From: Candidatus Woesebacteria bacterium GW2011_GWB1_33_38
GTDB lineage: Bacteria > Patescibacteriota > Microgenomatia > UBA8517
Direction of reading: 5' to 3'
NCBI GenBank assembly: GCA_000990005.1
Contig: LBPF01000001.1
Coordinates: forward strand, 90,315-154,314
DNA: 64,000 nt
Shown: positions 48,513 to 58,370 of the stretch, piece by piece
Layout: each line of letters begins with the position of its first letter
How positions within the stretch are numbered: position 1 is the stretch's first letter
Translations under genes and position numbers: made by a program
Notes under the pieces: model-generated
What the model was told of the DNA's origin: nothing
Database searches by the model: none
The model's input: the letters and a program-made list of their open reading frames with translations, nothing else

Positions 48513-49643
48513 ATGAATATTGGTATTGATGGAAATGAGGCAAATATTAAAGATAGAGTAGGAGTTAATAAATACGCATACGAGATGCTTTGGGGCCTGT
48601 ATAAATTAAACATAAAAAAAGAAAACCCGAATAATCTTATAGTTTATCTTAAAGATGAGCCTCTTCCTGACCTGCCAAAGGAAACAAATAACTTTAAGTA
48701 TAAAGTTCTTGCAGGTGGAGGACTTTGGATATTGTCAAAACTTACTCCGTATCTTTTTAAAAATCCAGAAAAGATCGAAGTTTTGTTTTCTCCGAGTCAT
48801 TACACACCTCCGATTTTACCAATTAAACGTGTTTGCTCAATAATGGACCTCGGTTATCTCAATAATTCGGAACATTTTGAAAAAAAGGTGTTTTGGCAGT
48901 TAAAATACTGGAGTGCTATTTCGATTTTTGTCTCCAAAAGGATACTAACTATATCAGACTCTAGCAAACAAGACATTGTACGACATTACCCAAGCACAGC
49001 TAAAAAAATCTTTGTTACACATTTAGGTTATGATAAAGATAGATTTAATCTTGATGTAGATAAAGATCTTGTACGACGAGTCAAAAATAAGTACTCTATA
49101 GTTGATGACTATATTCTCTTTGTAAGTACACTTAAACCATCAAAAAACATTGAAGGACTTGTTGAGGCGTTTTCGCAAATAATTTTTAAGTATCCAAACC
49201 TGTCGCTAGTTGTTGCTGGTAAAAAAGGTTGGATGTTTGAAAAGATAAACGAAAAAGTTAAAAGTTTAGGTTTAGAGAAAAAAGTTATTTTTACAGATTA
49301 TTTCCCAGAAGAAGAAAGACCTGCCTTGATGGCGGGTTGTAAATTTTATATACTCCCTTCTTTTTGGGAAGGTTTTGGTATTGAAATACTCTCAGCATTT
49401 GGTTGTGGCAAGTCAGTAGTGGTTTCAAACATTGGATCAATTCCTGAAGTTGCTGGTAAGGCTGGCATTTATGTTAATCCAAATAATGTTGGTAGTATTA
49501 CCAAAGGAATAGAAAAAGTTTTAAATATGAACGAGAAAGAATATAATAGTATTGTGAATCTGGGCTTTGAACAAGCTAAAAAATTTAGTTGGGAAGAATG
49601 TAGTAGAAAAATACTAGAAGTAATAGAAAAAATAAATGATTAA
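48513..49643 (+). CDS. GT4 family glycosyltransferase
   Basis: PSFWEGFGIEILSAFGCGKSVVVSNIG. Confidence 0.8.
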   Translation: MNIGIDGNEANIKDRVGVNKYAYEMLWGLYKLNIKKENPNNLIVYLKDEPLPDLPKETNNFKYKVLAGGGLWILSKLTPYLFKNPEKIEVLFSPSHYTPPILPIKRVCSIMDLGYLNNSEHFEKKVFWQLKYWSAISIFVSKRILTISDSSKQDIVRHYPSTAKKIFVTHLGYDKDRFNLDVDKDLVRRVKNKYSIVDDYILFVSTLKPSKNIEGLVEAFSQIIFKYPNLSLVVAGKKGWMFEKINEKVKSLGLEKKVIFTDYFPEEERPALMAGCKFYILPSFWEGFGIEILSAFGCGKSVVVSNIGSIPEVAGKAGIYVNPNNVGSITKGIEKVLNMNEKEYNSIVNLGFEQAKKFSWEECSRKILEVIEKIND

Positions 49644-50232
49644 AGACAAAAACGGCAACGCCCTATCAATAAGTGATGTGTTTAAAAAAGTTCTAAACAG
49701 AATATCTAATTACTTTTTAGATTTTGAACTAATGCTCTTAAGATGGGTTGGACATGTTCCATCTCATACTATTAGAAATTTAAAATATAAGTTCTTTGGT
49801 ATAAAAATCGGTAAAGGTTCAACACTTCATATGTGGGCTAACTTTTTTAACCCCAGAAACATTCAAATTGGTGAAGATTCCATAATAGGAGATCATGCAT
49901 TTCTTGATGGTAGAGATAAGATCGTGATTGGTAATCATGTAGATATTGCATCATCTGTAATGATCTATAACTCAGAACATGATTTGGAAAGTGAAGATTT
50001 CAAGGCCAGGACTGAGCCTGTAGAAATTGGAGACTATGTGTTTATAGGTCCTAGGGTAATAATTATGCCTGGGGTCAAGATAGGGAAGGGCGCGGTTGTT
50101 GCTGGTGGAGCTGTAGTTACAAAAGATGTAGAACCTTTTACAATTGTAGGTGGTGTACCTGCAAAACCAATATGTGAGAGAAAGAATAAAAATCCAAATT
50201 ACAAACTAGGTAGAGCTAGACTATTCCAGTAA
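49636..50232 (+). CDS. hexapeptide-repeat (left-handed beta-helix) sugar O-acetyltransferase
   Basis: IGKGAVVAGGAVVTKDVEPFTIVGGVPAKPI, plus several imperfect [LIV]GxxxxI hexads. Confidence 0.8.
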   Translation: MIKDKNGNALSISDVFKKVLNRISNYFLDFELMLLRWVGHVPSHTIRNLKYKFFGIKIGKGSTLHMWANFFNPRNIQIGEDSIIGDHAFLDGRDKIVIGNHVDIASSVMIYNSEHDLESEDFKARTEPVEIGDYVFIGPRVIIMPGVKIGKGAVVAGGAVVTKDVEPFTIVGGVPAKPICERKNKNPNYKLGRARLFQ

Positions 50233-50748
50233 ATGAAAAAAATTTTAAAAATATTGTTTTTTATAGCTTCTTTATTTCTTTTGTTTTATGTTTTACCTCA
50301 AAGCCCAGAATTTCCAAAACCACTACCTGCTTCAGTGCAATCTTTTGAACCTGCTGACGTGGAAACACCATTAAGACGAGGATATTATACAAATCTTACT
50401 CGTCAGGAAATAATTGAGCATTACCAAAAAGAATTTAATGAGGGTTTCATTTATACTCCCAGACTTAATTATCCTCCTGAGGAAGCTCCAGCTTTAATTA
50501 GAGATCAAACAAAGAGTACATTTTTAGAAGAATTAGTACACCCATTAAGAGAATCTCTTTTCATAAACGGTTTCGAATCTAAAAAGACAATATATCAACT
50601 GGTGATTGATGGGGTGACTTGGGATCAAAAAGTTATTGTTCGATATGTTCCAAGTGCAATTTGGCTTAGAGTCTTAATTGTGTTTCTAACTATTGTCAGC
50701 ACGATTGTTTTGATGAGAGAATATCAAATATGGCAAAAGAAAGATTAG
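50233..50748 (+). CDS. hypothetical bitopic membrane protein
   Basis: N-terminal and C-terminal TM helices with a roughly 110-aa middle domain. No recognisable family. Confidence 0.35.
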   Translation: MKKILKILFFIASLFLLFYVLPQSPEFPKPLPASVQSFEPADVETPLRRGYYTNLTRQEIIEHYQKEFNEGFIYTPRLNYPPEEAPALIRDQTKSTFLEELVHPLRESLFINGFESKKTIYQLVIDGVTWDQKVIVRYVPSAIWLRVLIVFLTIVSTIVLMREYQIWQKKD

Positions 50749-51659
50749 ATTTATCAATTGTAATCATATCCTCAAAGTTAGACTATTTAAACGACTGTCT
50801 AGAAACTTTATATTCTTCACTTAGGGGAGTAAAAAATGAAGTTATTTTAATCGATAATGTTTCAGTAGATAAAATTGGAGAAAAAATCAAATTAAAATAT
50901 CCAGCAGTTAAGGTTATTAGACGCGATGTGAATGGAGGATTTGGTGAAAATAACAACATGGGGATGAGGATTGCCAAGGGTCGTTATGTACTTCTCTTAA
51001 ACGATGATACAAAAATGATTGATAAGGAGATTTTCAAAGAAATGATTAATTGGATGGATAGTCATCCAAGGGTAGGTTTAGCCTCCTGTGCACTTTTGAA
51101 TCCTGACCTTAAAAACTATCAAGGTTCAGGTGGTTATTTTCCAACACTTCCAAGAGTTATAACTTGGATGTTGTTTATTGATGATATTCCATATCTTGAT
51201 AAATTAATTAAACCATATCACCCTATGCATGGATATTCATTTTTTCATACTAACGAAGAGTATTTTAAGGTAAGTCACAAACAAGATTGGGTTACAGGAG
51301 CCTTTTTTCTTATGCGAAAGACGGCTATGGACCAATCTGGTATATTTGATGAAGACTTCTTTTTGTATGTTGAAGAAGTTGAGCTTGCCTACAGAGTAGC
51401 CAAAAAAGGTTGGGAAACTTGGTATCTTCCAAAATGGAAAATAGTGCATTATGGAATGGCCACAAATGGGAGTGAGAAAGCAACTATTATGGAAATGCAA
51501 AACTTAAGACTTTTCTATAAAAAACATAAGCCCTCCTGGCAACTTCCAGTTCTTACCTTTTTCTTGAGATTTGGTGCCTTTTTACGCCTTTTTGTATATT
51601 TAATATTGGGTCGAATAAATATTGCTAAAATATATGCAAAAGCTATTGTCGCCGTATAA
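50730..51659 (+). CDS. GT2 family glycosyltransferase
   Basis: LSIVIISSKLDYLNDCLETL...ILIDNVSVD...LLLNDDTKM. Confidence 0.75.
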   Translation: MAKERLDLSIVIISSKLDYLNDCLETLYSSLRGVKNEVILIDNVSVDKIGEKIKLKYPAVKVIRRDVNGGFGENNNMGMRIAKGRYVLLLNDDTKMIDKEIFKEMINWMDSHPRVGLASCALLNPDLKNYQGSGGYFPTLPRVITWMLFIDDIPYLDKLIKPYHPMHGYSFFHTNEEYFKVSHKQDWVTGAFFLMRKTAMDQSGIFDEDFFLYVEEVELAYRVAKKGWETWYLPKWKIVHYGMATNGSEKATIMEMQNLRLFYKKHKPSWQLPVLTFFLRFGAFLRLFVYLILGRINIAKIYAKAIVAV

Positions 51660-52965
51660 GAGAATCTTGGCCAATTTCATTGGTAAATCGAATTTTTACA
51701 AATTCTTACTGACTTTTCTGCTTATTTTTATTCCTCTATTTCCAAAATTTCCAGCCCTTCGTATTATGGGTATATATGTTTCGGTACGTTTGGAAGATTT
51801 TTTAATTCTTTTTACATTTTTGGCATTCTTAATTCCAATATTTACAAATTTTAAGTCTTTAATTAAATTAAAAATTACACGATCAATTTTGATATTTTTA
51901 TTTATAGGACTTGTATCTACAATATCTGCTATTTATTTAACCCAAACAGTTTCGTCAAAAATTGTTTTACTTCATCTTTTTAGAAGAGTTGAATACTTGT
52001 CTTTATTCTTTATTGGCTTTGCTTATGTGAAATATGTTAATACTGACAAAAAAATCTTTGAATATATTATCAAAGTCTTACTTTTAGTTAATTTATTTAT
52101 ATTTTTGTATGGTTTAGGCCAACGTTATCTAGACTTTCCAGTAGTAACCACACAAAATGAAGAATATTCCAAGGGTATAGCACTTCGCTGGGTTCCTGGT
52201 TCACATATCAATTCAACATTTGCAGGCCATTATGATCTTGCTTCCTATCTTATTTTAACTATGCCAATTTTTGCAGCTTCATTTTTTGTATTTAAGGAAA
52301 AAATAAATAAGGTGATCTTTGGCTCATCTGTTTTGATCGGATTTTGGCTTCTTTCATCAGCTGTTTCAAGGATATCAGTTGTTGCTTTTTTGATCGCCTG
52401 TTCTATTACACTACTACTTACAAAAAAATATAAAGAGATAATTATTTTTGGCTTGATAAGTTTAATAGCTTTTGGATTCTCCCCTGATTTAAGAGCTAGA
52501 TATGGCAGAATTATTGATGTCGTAAAAAATAAAATGTCTTTAGTTTATACAGTGTATGCTGCAGATGAAGGACCTGTAGTATTTGAAGACAGATCAACCT
52601 CAATTAGATTAAATGTTGAGTGGCCCAGAGCAATTAGGGCATTTACTAAAAATCCATTAGTAGGTACTGGTTATTCTTCAATTACTTTAGCAACAGACAA
52701 TGACTATTTGAGGGCAATAGGTGAAACGGGTATTTTAGGATTATTGGCCTTTATTTTAATATTTTTTAATCTTAGTAAGATTTATAAAAATATTAAATTT
52801 ACAACTGATTTTGATTCTATATTTAAAGTTGGAATGATAGGGTCTACAATAGCAATTCTTTTAACTGCTGTGTTTATTGACATCTTTGAAGCATCAAAGT
52901 TTGCAACGATGTTCTGGTTGTTTACTGGGCTTTCAGTTGGAAGTATAAATAAGATTTATGAATAA
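51622..52965 (+). CDS. O-antigen ligase / polymerase-like membrane protein (Wzy_C domain family)
   Basis: About 12 TM helices with a large extracytoplasmic loop (ALRWVPGSHINSTFAGHYDLASYL) carrying the conserved Arg/His typical of the Wzy_C region. Confidence 0.55.
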   Translation: MLKYMQKLLSPYKRILANFIGKSNFYKFLLTFLLIFIPLFPKFPALRIMGIYVSVRLEDFLILFTFLAFLIPIFTNFKSLIKLKITRSILIFLFIGLVSTISAIYLTQTVSSKIVLLHLFRRVEYLSLFFIGFAYVKYVNTDKKIFEYIIKVLLLVNLFIFLYGLGQRYLDFPVVTTQNEEYSKGIALRWVPGSHINSTFAGHYDLASYLILTMPIFAASFFVFKEKINKVIFGSSVLIGFWLLSSAVSRISVVAFLIACSITLLLTKKYKEIIIFGLISLIAFGFSPDLRARYGRIIDVVKNKMSLVYTVYAADEGPVVFEDRSTSIRLNVEWPRAIRAFTKNPLVGTGYSSITLATDNDYLRAIGETGILGLLAFILIFFNLSKIYKNIKFTTDFDSIFKVGMIGSTIAILLTAVFIDIFEASKFATMFWLFTGLSVGSINKIYE

Positions 52966-54367
52966 TTTAATTACTCTCATGAAAAGGATTGTGAAAAATG
53001 AGTATTTTGTACTTTCAATAATACTCGTTTTGGGCCTTGTTGTGCGTTTTTATAAAATCAATAATCCAGTTGCTGATTGGCATTCTTGGCGCCAAGCAGA
53101 TACTGCTTCAGTTAGTAGAAATTATGTTAAAGGCGGAATAAATATTTTGACTCCCCATTTTGATGATATTAGTGGTATTCAAAGTGGAAAAGACAATCCA
53201 ACTGGAATTAGAATGGTGGAATTTCCAATTTATAATGTTTTGCACGCTACACTTTTTAGTACTTTTGGAACGTTTAGTTTAGAACTCTGGGGAAGATTAT
53301 TAACTATACTGATTTCACTTGCAACAGCCATATTTTTGTTTTTGCTGGTTAGAAAACATTATTCAGCAAAAACTGGATTAATTGCTGCCTTTTTCTTTAC
53401 TTTTATTCCATTTAATATTTATTTCTCAAGAGTAATTTTACCTGATCCTTTAGGTGTTTTATTTGCTGTAGCTGGACTTTATTTTTTTGGTATTAACATA
53501 GTAGTTTCGGGGCTATTATTTGCGCTGGCACTTTTACAAAAACCATTTTTTGGAGTATATTTGTTTCCATTAATACCTGAGTTAATTAAAAAAGAAAATT
53601 TGAAAAAGAGTTTAGCTTTTTTGTCAATTACAATGGCCCCATTTATGGTTTGGAGATATTGGGAAAGCTTACATCCGGAAGGAATATCTTTTTACAAGTG
53701 GGCTTTTAATGGAGATAGAATAAGATTTCATCCAGCATGGTTTAGATGGTTATTTGGAGAAAGGATTGGGATTTTGATATTAGGTGGATGGGGATTAATT
53801 CCATTTGTAATGGGATTAATTAAAAAACAAAAAAACAAATTTAATTTACTTTTAAATTTGGGAATGCTTACATATTTAATTGCAGTAGCAACAGCAAACG
53901 TTAGACATGATTATTACCAAATCTTAATAATTCCTGCAATTTCTATTTCACTTGCACTTGGCTCTGTGTGGTTATGGAAAAGAAACATGGTTTCGAAATT
54001 AGTTTTAATACTTTCTATTTTAGTTATGTTTTTGGTAGGTTGGGACAGAATAAAACCTTTTTATCAAGTTAATCACCCAGAACTCATGGAAGTTGGTAAT
54101 GTTGTTGATGAAACATTGCCAAAAGATGCAAAAGTAATAGCTCCTTATAATGGTGATACTGCCTTTTTATATCAAATGAATCGCAAGGGTTGGCCTGCAG
54201 TTGATGATTCAATTGATGGATTAATTGAAAGAGGTGCCACACACTATGTTTCTCTTGATCTGGGAAGCCCTGACACAGTTAACTTTTCCAAACGTTTTGT
54301 AACCTTGCAAAAAACAGACAAGTTTATAATCTTAGATTTGCAAAAAGAAATAACCAAATATGATTAA
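52958..54367 (+). CDS. GT-C superfamily glycosyltransferase (PMT_2-like)
   Basis: Multi-TM with first loop WHSWRQADTASVSRNYVKGG, and a C-terminal soluble domain. Confidence 0.55.
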   Translation: MNNLITLMKRIVKNEYFVLSIILVLGLVVRFYKINNPVADWHSWRQADTASVSRNYVKGGINILTPHFDDISGIQSGKDNPTGIRMVEFPIYNVLHATLFSTFGTFSLELWGRLLTILISLATAIFLFLLVRKHYSAKTGLIAAFFFTFIPFNIYFSRVILPDPLGVLFAVAGLYFFGINIVVSGLLFALALLQKPFFGVYLFPLIPELIKKENLKKSLAFLSITMAPFMVWRYWESLHPEGISFYKWAFNGDRIRFHPAWFRWLFGERIGILILGGWGLIPFVMGLIKKQKNKFNLLLNLGMLTYLIAVATANVRHDYYQILIIPAISISLALGSVWLWKRNMVSKLVLILSILVMFLVGWDRIKPFYQVNHPELMEVGNVVDETLPKDAKVIAPYNGDTAFLYQMNRKGWPAVDDSIDGLIERGATHYVSLDLGSPDTVNFSKRFVTLQKTDKFIILDLQKEITKYD

Positions 54368-54836
54368 AATTAGAAAAGGTAATATTGATAACATTCCACA
54401 AATTAAGAAATGTTTAATTGTTTCATGGGTTGACCATGCAAAAAATGTGTCAGAACTCCTTGACGAAGAAAGGATGAGAAAATCAGATATTGAAGGATAT
54501 TACAAAAAAGCGTTTGATAATGTAAAAGAAGCATTTATTTTGATTGTTGAGGTTGATGGAAAATTTGCAGGATTTTTGAGAGCTGATATTCAAAAAATTC
54601 CAGATTTCTTTAAATTTAACAATATTTTATATTTAGATGATTGCTATGTTTTGCCAGAATTTAGGAGAATGGGGATTGCCACCTTTTTGATTAAAGAAGC
54701 TGAAAAAATTGCAAGAAAAAATAAAATAAAAAGACTTCAGGGACGAGTGTATTCGTACAACAAATCAATTCAAAAACTTCTGGTCAAATTAGGTTATACA
54801 TCTCCACATTCAACTTGGGATAAGGTGTTAATATAA
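54360..54836 (+). CDS. GNAT family N-acetyltransferase
   Basis: VLPEFRRMGIATFLIKEAEKIARK (motif A). Confidence 0.75.
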   Translation: MIKIRKGNIDNIPQIKKCLIVSWVDHAKNVSELLDEERMRKSDIEGYYKKAFDNVKEAFILIVEVDGKFAGFLRADIQKIPDFFKFNNILYLDDCYVLPEFRRMGIATFLIKEAEKIARKNKIKRLQGRVYSYNKSIQKLLVKLGYTSPHSTWDKVLI

Positions 54837-54840
54837 AAAT

Positions 54841-56046
54841 ATGAAGGTTCTTATGCTTGTGCCATTTTTACCAATTGATCAAATGTCTGGTGGGCAGACA
54901 AGATGGTATCACTTAATTAAACATTTAAGTGAAAAACATGAGATTACTTTAATGTCTTTAATTAAGGATGAAGAAGAAAGGGAATATTTACCACAAATTG
55001 AAAAGTATTGTAAAAAAGTATATGTTTTTAAACGCCCAAAATCTCCTTGGACATTTAGAAATCTTTTTTTAACTTTAATTAGTTTTAATCCACTGGTTGT
55101 AATCCGCAATTTATCTCTTGAGGAAAGAGCCGTAATTAAACATGAACTTGCAAGCCATAAATATGATCTTATTCATGCAGAAACTTTTTATGTCATGCCA
55201 CATATTCCAAAGACTAAGATCCCCATTATTTTAGTTGAACCAACTATAGAATACTCAGTTTATCAACATTATGTAGATAATGAAGTTAATGCGCTTTTAA
55301 GACCTATTTATATGTTTGATGTAATAAAGCTTAAATTCTGGGAAAAGTTTTATTGGAAACGTGCTGAAAGACTTTTTGCCGTTTCTGAAGATGACAAAAT
55401 GGTCATGCAGGGTGAAATTCCTGATATTGACGTTGGAGTTATCTCAAACGGTGTGGATCTCGATTTTTTTGAAAGTAAAAAAGTAGTTAAAAAAAGTCCT
55501 CCTCGAATTTTATATCACGGTAACTTTAAATGGATGCAAAACGTAGAAGCTGTTAACTTACTAGTTCATGAAATCTGGCCAAAAGTAAAATCAGAAATTA
55601 AGGAAGTTAAACTTTGGATTTCAGGCCGTAACATTCCACCGGAAATTGTTGAATACTCAAAGAAAGATAAAGATATTGAGGTTACAGAAAGTATTGAGGA
55701 TAACCGTGATGCTTATAAAGGGTCAACTCTTTTGGTTACACCAATTAGGGGACCAGGTGGAACAAGACTTAAAGTATTAGAAGCTATGGCCTCAGGTCTT
55801 CCTGTTGTTTCAACTCCTGTAGGTGTTGCAGGCCTTGGAATCGTGGAAGGAAAGGAAGCTTTGGTTTCTTCTAATATGGATGATTTGGCAAATATGGTAA
55901 TTGACCTCTTGAAAAACAAAGCCAAAGCTGAAAGAATAGGGAAAGCAGGTAAAGAATTTGTCAAAATAAATTTTGATTGGAAAGGCATTGTTGCTAAACT
56001 AAATAATGTATATGACGAAACCAAAGCTATCCGTAATAATTCTTAA
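54841..56046 (+). CDS. GT4 family glycosyltransferase
   Basis: GGTRLKVLEAMASGLPVVSTPVG. Confidence 0.8.
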   Translation: MKVLMLVPFLPIDQMSGGQTRWYHLIKHLSEKHEITLMSLIKDEEEREYLPQIEKYCKKVYVFKRPKSPWTFRNLFLTLISFNPLVVIRNLSLEERAVIKHELASHKYDLIHAETFYVMPHIPKTKIPIILVEPTIEYSVYQHYVDNEVNALLRPIYMFDVIKLKFWEKFYWKRAERLFAVSEDDKMVMQGEIPDIDVGVISNGVDLDFFESKKVVKKSPPRILYHGNFKWMQNVEAVNLLVHEIWPKVKSEIKEVKLWISGRNIPPEIVEYSKKDKDIEVTESIEDNRDAYKGSTLLVTPIRGPGGTRLKVLEAMASGLPVVSTPVGVAGLGIVEGKEALVSSNMDDLANMVIDLLKNKAKAERIGKAGKEFVKINFDWKGIVAKLNNVYDETKAIRNNS

Positions 56047-56893
56047 TTATAATACAAAAGAACTTCTTTCGGATTGTTTAAAATCTGTTAAGGAGTATAT
56101 GAATGAAGTTCCTATGGAGGTTATAGTTTCAGATAACTCCAGTAATGACGGTAGCCAAGAAATGATAAAGAAGAATTTTCCTTGGGTTAAATTTATTGAG
56201 GGCCCAAATGAGGGTTTTTCAAAAGGAAACAATAGAGCAAAATCTCTTGTAGAAGGTGAGATGGTTCTATTCTTAAATCCTGATACAATAGTACATAAAG
56301 ATGTCTTTGTAAAAACAGTCAGATATTTGGATGAACATCCAAAGGTGGGAGCAGTTACTTGTAAATTGGTTCTTCCAAATGGAGATATGGATAAAGATGT
56401 GAGACGTAGGTTTCCTGTTCCATGGGTTTCTTTCCAGAAGTTGGTTTTAGGTAAAAGTAAATATTATTACTATGAAGATATCCCAGATAATGCAACACAT
56501 GAAGTTGAGGCAATACAGGGAGCATTTTTCTTAACCTACAAAAAACTTTTGGACAAAGTTGGTTGGTTTGATGAGAGATATTTCTTTGATGGTGAAGATG
56601 TTGACTTATGTTTCCAGATTAATAAAGCAGGCTATAGCCTTGTTTATTATCCTGATGTCTACATAACCCACCTTAAAGGAGTAACTAAGGGAAAGGTTAA
56701 GAAATGGAGACATAAATTAACTGATCAACAGAGAAAAAGAATAAGAATGGCAGGGGTTGCCTCCATGGAGCTTTTTTATCGGAAAAATCTTTGGAAAAAA
56801 TATCCAGTTTGGTTTAGTTATTTTGTTCTTCTCGGGATAAATCTTTATAAGGTCATAAGATTTGTAAGGGTAGTTTTGTTGTCTTCATACTAA
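56006..56893 (+). CDS. GT2 family glycosyltransferase
   Basis: LSVIILNYNTKELLSDCLKSV...DNSSNDGS...LFLNPDT. Confidence 0.75.
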   Translation: MYMTKPKLSVIILNYNTKELLSDCLKSVKEYMNEVPMEVIVSDNSSNDGSQEMIKKNFPWVKFIEGPNEGFSKGNNRAKSLVEGEMVLFLNPDTIVHKDVFVKTVRYLDEHPKVGAVTCKLVLPNGDMDKDVRRRFPVPWVSFQKLVLGKSKYYYYEDIPDNATHEVEAIQGAFFLTYKKLLDKVGWFDERYFFDGEDVDLCFQINKAGYSLVYYPDVYITHLKGVTKGKVKKWRHKLTDQQRKRIRMAGVASMELFYRKNLWKKYPVWFSYFVLLGINLYKVIRFVRVVLLSSY

Positions 56894-57414
56894 TGCGAAT
56901 ATTAATTGACGCTAGACTTTATGGTCCAAAAAATACTGGAAATGGTAGATATACCAAAGAGTTAGTTGAAAACCTAGCAAAGATAGATTCTAGAAATGAT
57001 TACATAATTTTACTGAGAAAAAATAATTTTAATGAAGTTAAATTACCTGATAACTTCAAAAAAGTTTTGGCAGATTTTAAACATTATTCTTTTGAAGAAC
57101 AGTTTAAACTACCATTTCTAATCAATAAATTTAAGCCTAATTTAGTTCATTTTCCTCATTTTAATGTACCCATTTTATATTTTGGGAAATTTGTGGTTAC
57201 TATACACGATCTCATAATGCATAAATTTACTGGTGGGGAAGCAACAACAAGAAAATTTCCAGTTTATCAAGTTTGGAGATTAGGTTATTACGTTACATTT
57301 ATCAAGTCTGTTTTTGGTTCAATTAAAATTATTGTTCCAAGTAAGACAGTGAAAAATGAAATAGTTGATTATTATGATATCGATCCTAAAAAAATTGAAG
57401 TAACTTATGAATAA
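56893..57414 (+). CDS. GT4 glycosyltransferase, N-terminal (acceptor-binding) Rossmann half only
   Basis: MRILIDARLYGPKNTGNGRYTKELVENLAKIDSRNDY parallels the N-termini of the intact GT4s at 45041 and 48513. Ends IEVTYE*. Confidence 0.6.
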   Translation: MRILIDARLYGPKNTGNGRYTKELVENLAKIDSRNDYIILLRKNNFNEVKLPDNFKKVLADFKHYSFEEQFKLPFLINKFKPNLVHFPHFNVPILYFGKFVVTIHDLIMHKFTGGEATTRKFPVYQVWRLGYYVTFIKSVFGSIKIIVPSKTVKNEIVDYYDIDPKKIEVTYE

Positions 57415-57937
57415 GCAAAAATATTTTATTTATACTGGTAATGCATATCCTCATAAAAACTTAGGGAGACTTATTGATGCTACAACTTCATTAAAAGTAA
57501 AATTAAAAATAGTCTCTGGTCGAAATATTTTCATTTCAAGATTAGAAAAAATAATTAAAAATAAGAAAGCGCAAAATTATGTTGATATATTAGGTTTTGT
57601 AAATGATAAATATTTAGAAAAATTATATAAAAATTCTATTGCTTTTGTCTTTCCTACTCTTACAGAAGGTTTTGGTTTGCCTCCGATGGAAGCAATTAAC
57701 GCTGGAACACTTGCAGTAGTCTCTGATATTCCAGTGCTTAAGGAAGTTTATGCTGAAAGTGTTTTTTATTTTGATCCATTGAATGTAAATTCAATCAAAG
57801 TAGCTTTAGAAAATGTTTTAAAAATGAATGATAATGAAAGAAAATTAATAATAGAGAAATCTCAAGAATTCCTAAAAAGATACTCATGGCTTAAAATGGC
57901 CAAAGAAACATTAAAAATCTACGAGTCGGTGGTATAA
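57407..57937 (+). CDS. GT4 glycosyltransferase, C-terminal (donor-binding) half only
   Basis: FVFPTLTEGFGLPPMEAINAGTLAVVSDIPVLKEV (E-x7-E). Start overlaps the upstream stop (TATGAATAA). Confidence 0.65.
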   Translation: MNKQKYFIYTGNAYPHKNLGRLIDATTSLKVKLKIVSGRNIFISRLEKIIKNKKAQNYVDILGFVNDKYLEKLYKNSIAFVFPTLTEGFGLPPMEAINAGTLAVVSDIPVLKEVYAESVFYFDPLNVNSIKVALENVLKMNDNERKLIIEKSQEFLKRYSWLKMAKETLKIYESVV

Positions 57938-57945
57938 TCAGAACT

Positions 57946-58101
57946 ATGGGATTTGAAGACAATATAGAAAAAGGAAAAACAAGTAGTAAACCAACTGTTG
58001 CATCAAAAATGACGTTTTGGGAAGCTATGAAAAATATTGAAAGACAACTTCATCAAATTGAAGAAGACCGCGAAAAACTCTTTGTGGAATATTCAAAATA
58101 A
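57946..58101 (+). CDS. small hypothetical ORF (51 aa, predicted helical), stop overlapping the next ATG (TAATG)
   Basis: Read by eye: MGFEDNIEKGKTSSKPTVASKMTFWEAMKNIERQLHQIEEDREKLFVEYSK*. Below the length cutoff of the ORF track. Confidence 0.3.
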   Translation: MGFEDNIEKGKTSSKPTVASKMTFWEAMKNIERQLHQIEEDREKLFVEYSK

Positions 58102-58370
58102 TGTATATTTTTATTGATGAATCAGGTACTGGGTCAAAAATTGGACACGCAACTATTGCAGTTGTATATCTTGAGATAATAAACCAAGCTAAGTTTGACA
58201 AAAGCTATAATAAAATATTAAACGAGTTAAGGCTTGATAATTTTCACTGGGCCGAACATGGATGGAAAGTTCGACAAAGATTTATTAATAAAATTTTGAG
58301 TTTAGATTTTATATATAAAGTTGCTTTGTTTGAAAACCCCGCATTGAAGCGGGGTCAACTTTCCAAGTAG
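58101..58370 (+). pseudogene. truncated DUF3800-family gene (N-terminal 89 aa only)
   Basis: MYIFIDESGTG is the DUF3800 N-terminal signature. Full-length members are more than 200 aa. Confidence 0.5.
58336..58353. terminator. GC-rich hairpin ccccgc-attgaa-gcgggg, with a T-run only on the minus-strand side
   Basis: Perfect 6-bp stem in an AT-rich context. Lies within the 3' end of the DUF3800 fragment. Confidence 0.25.
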
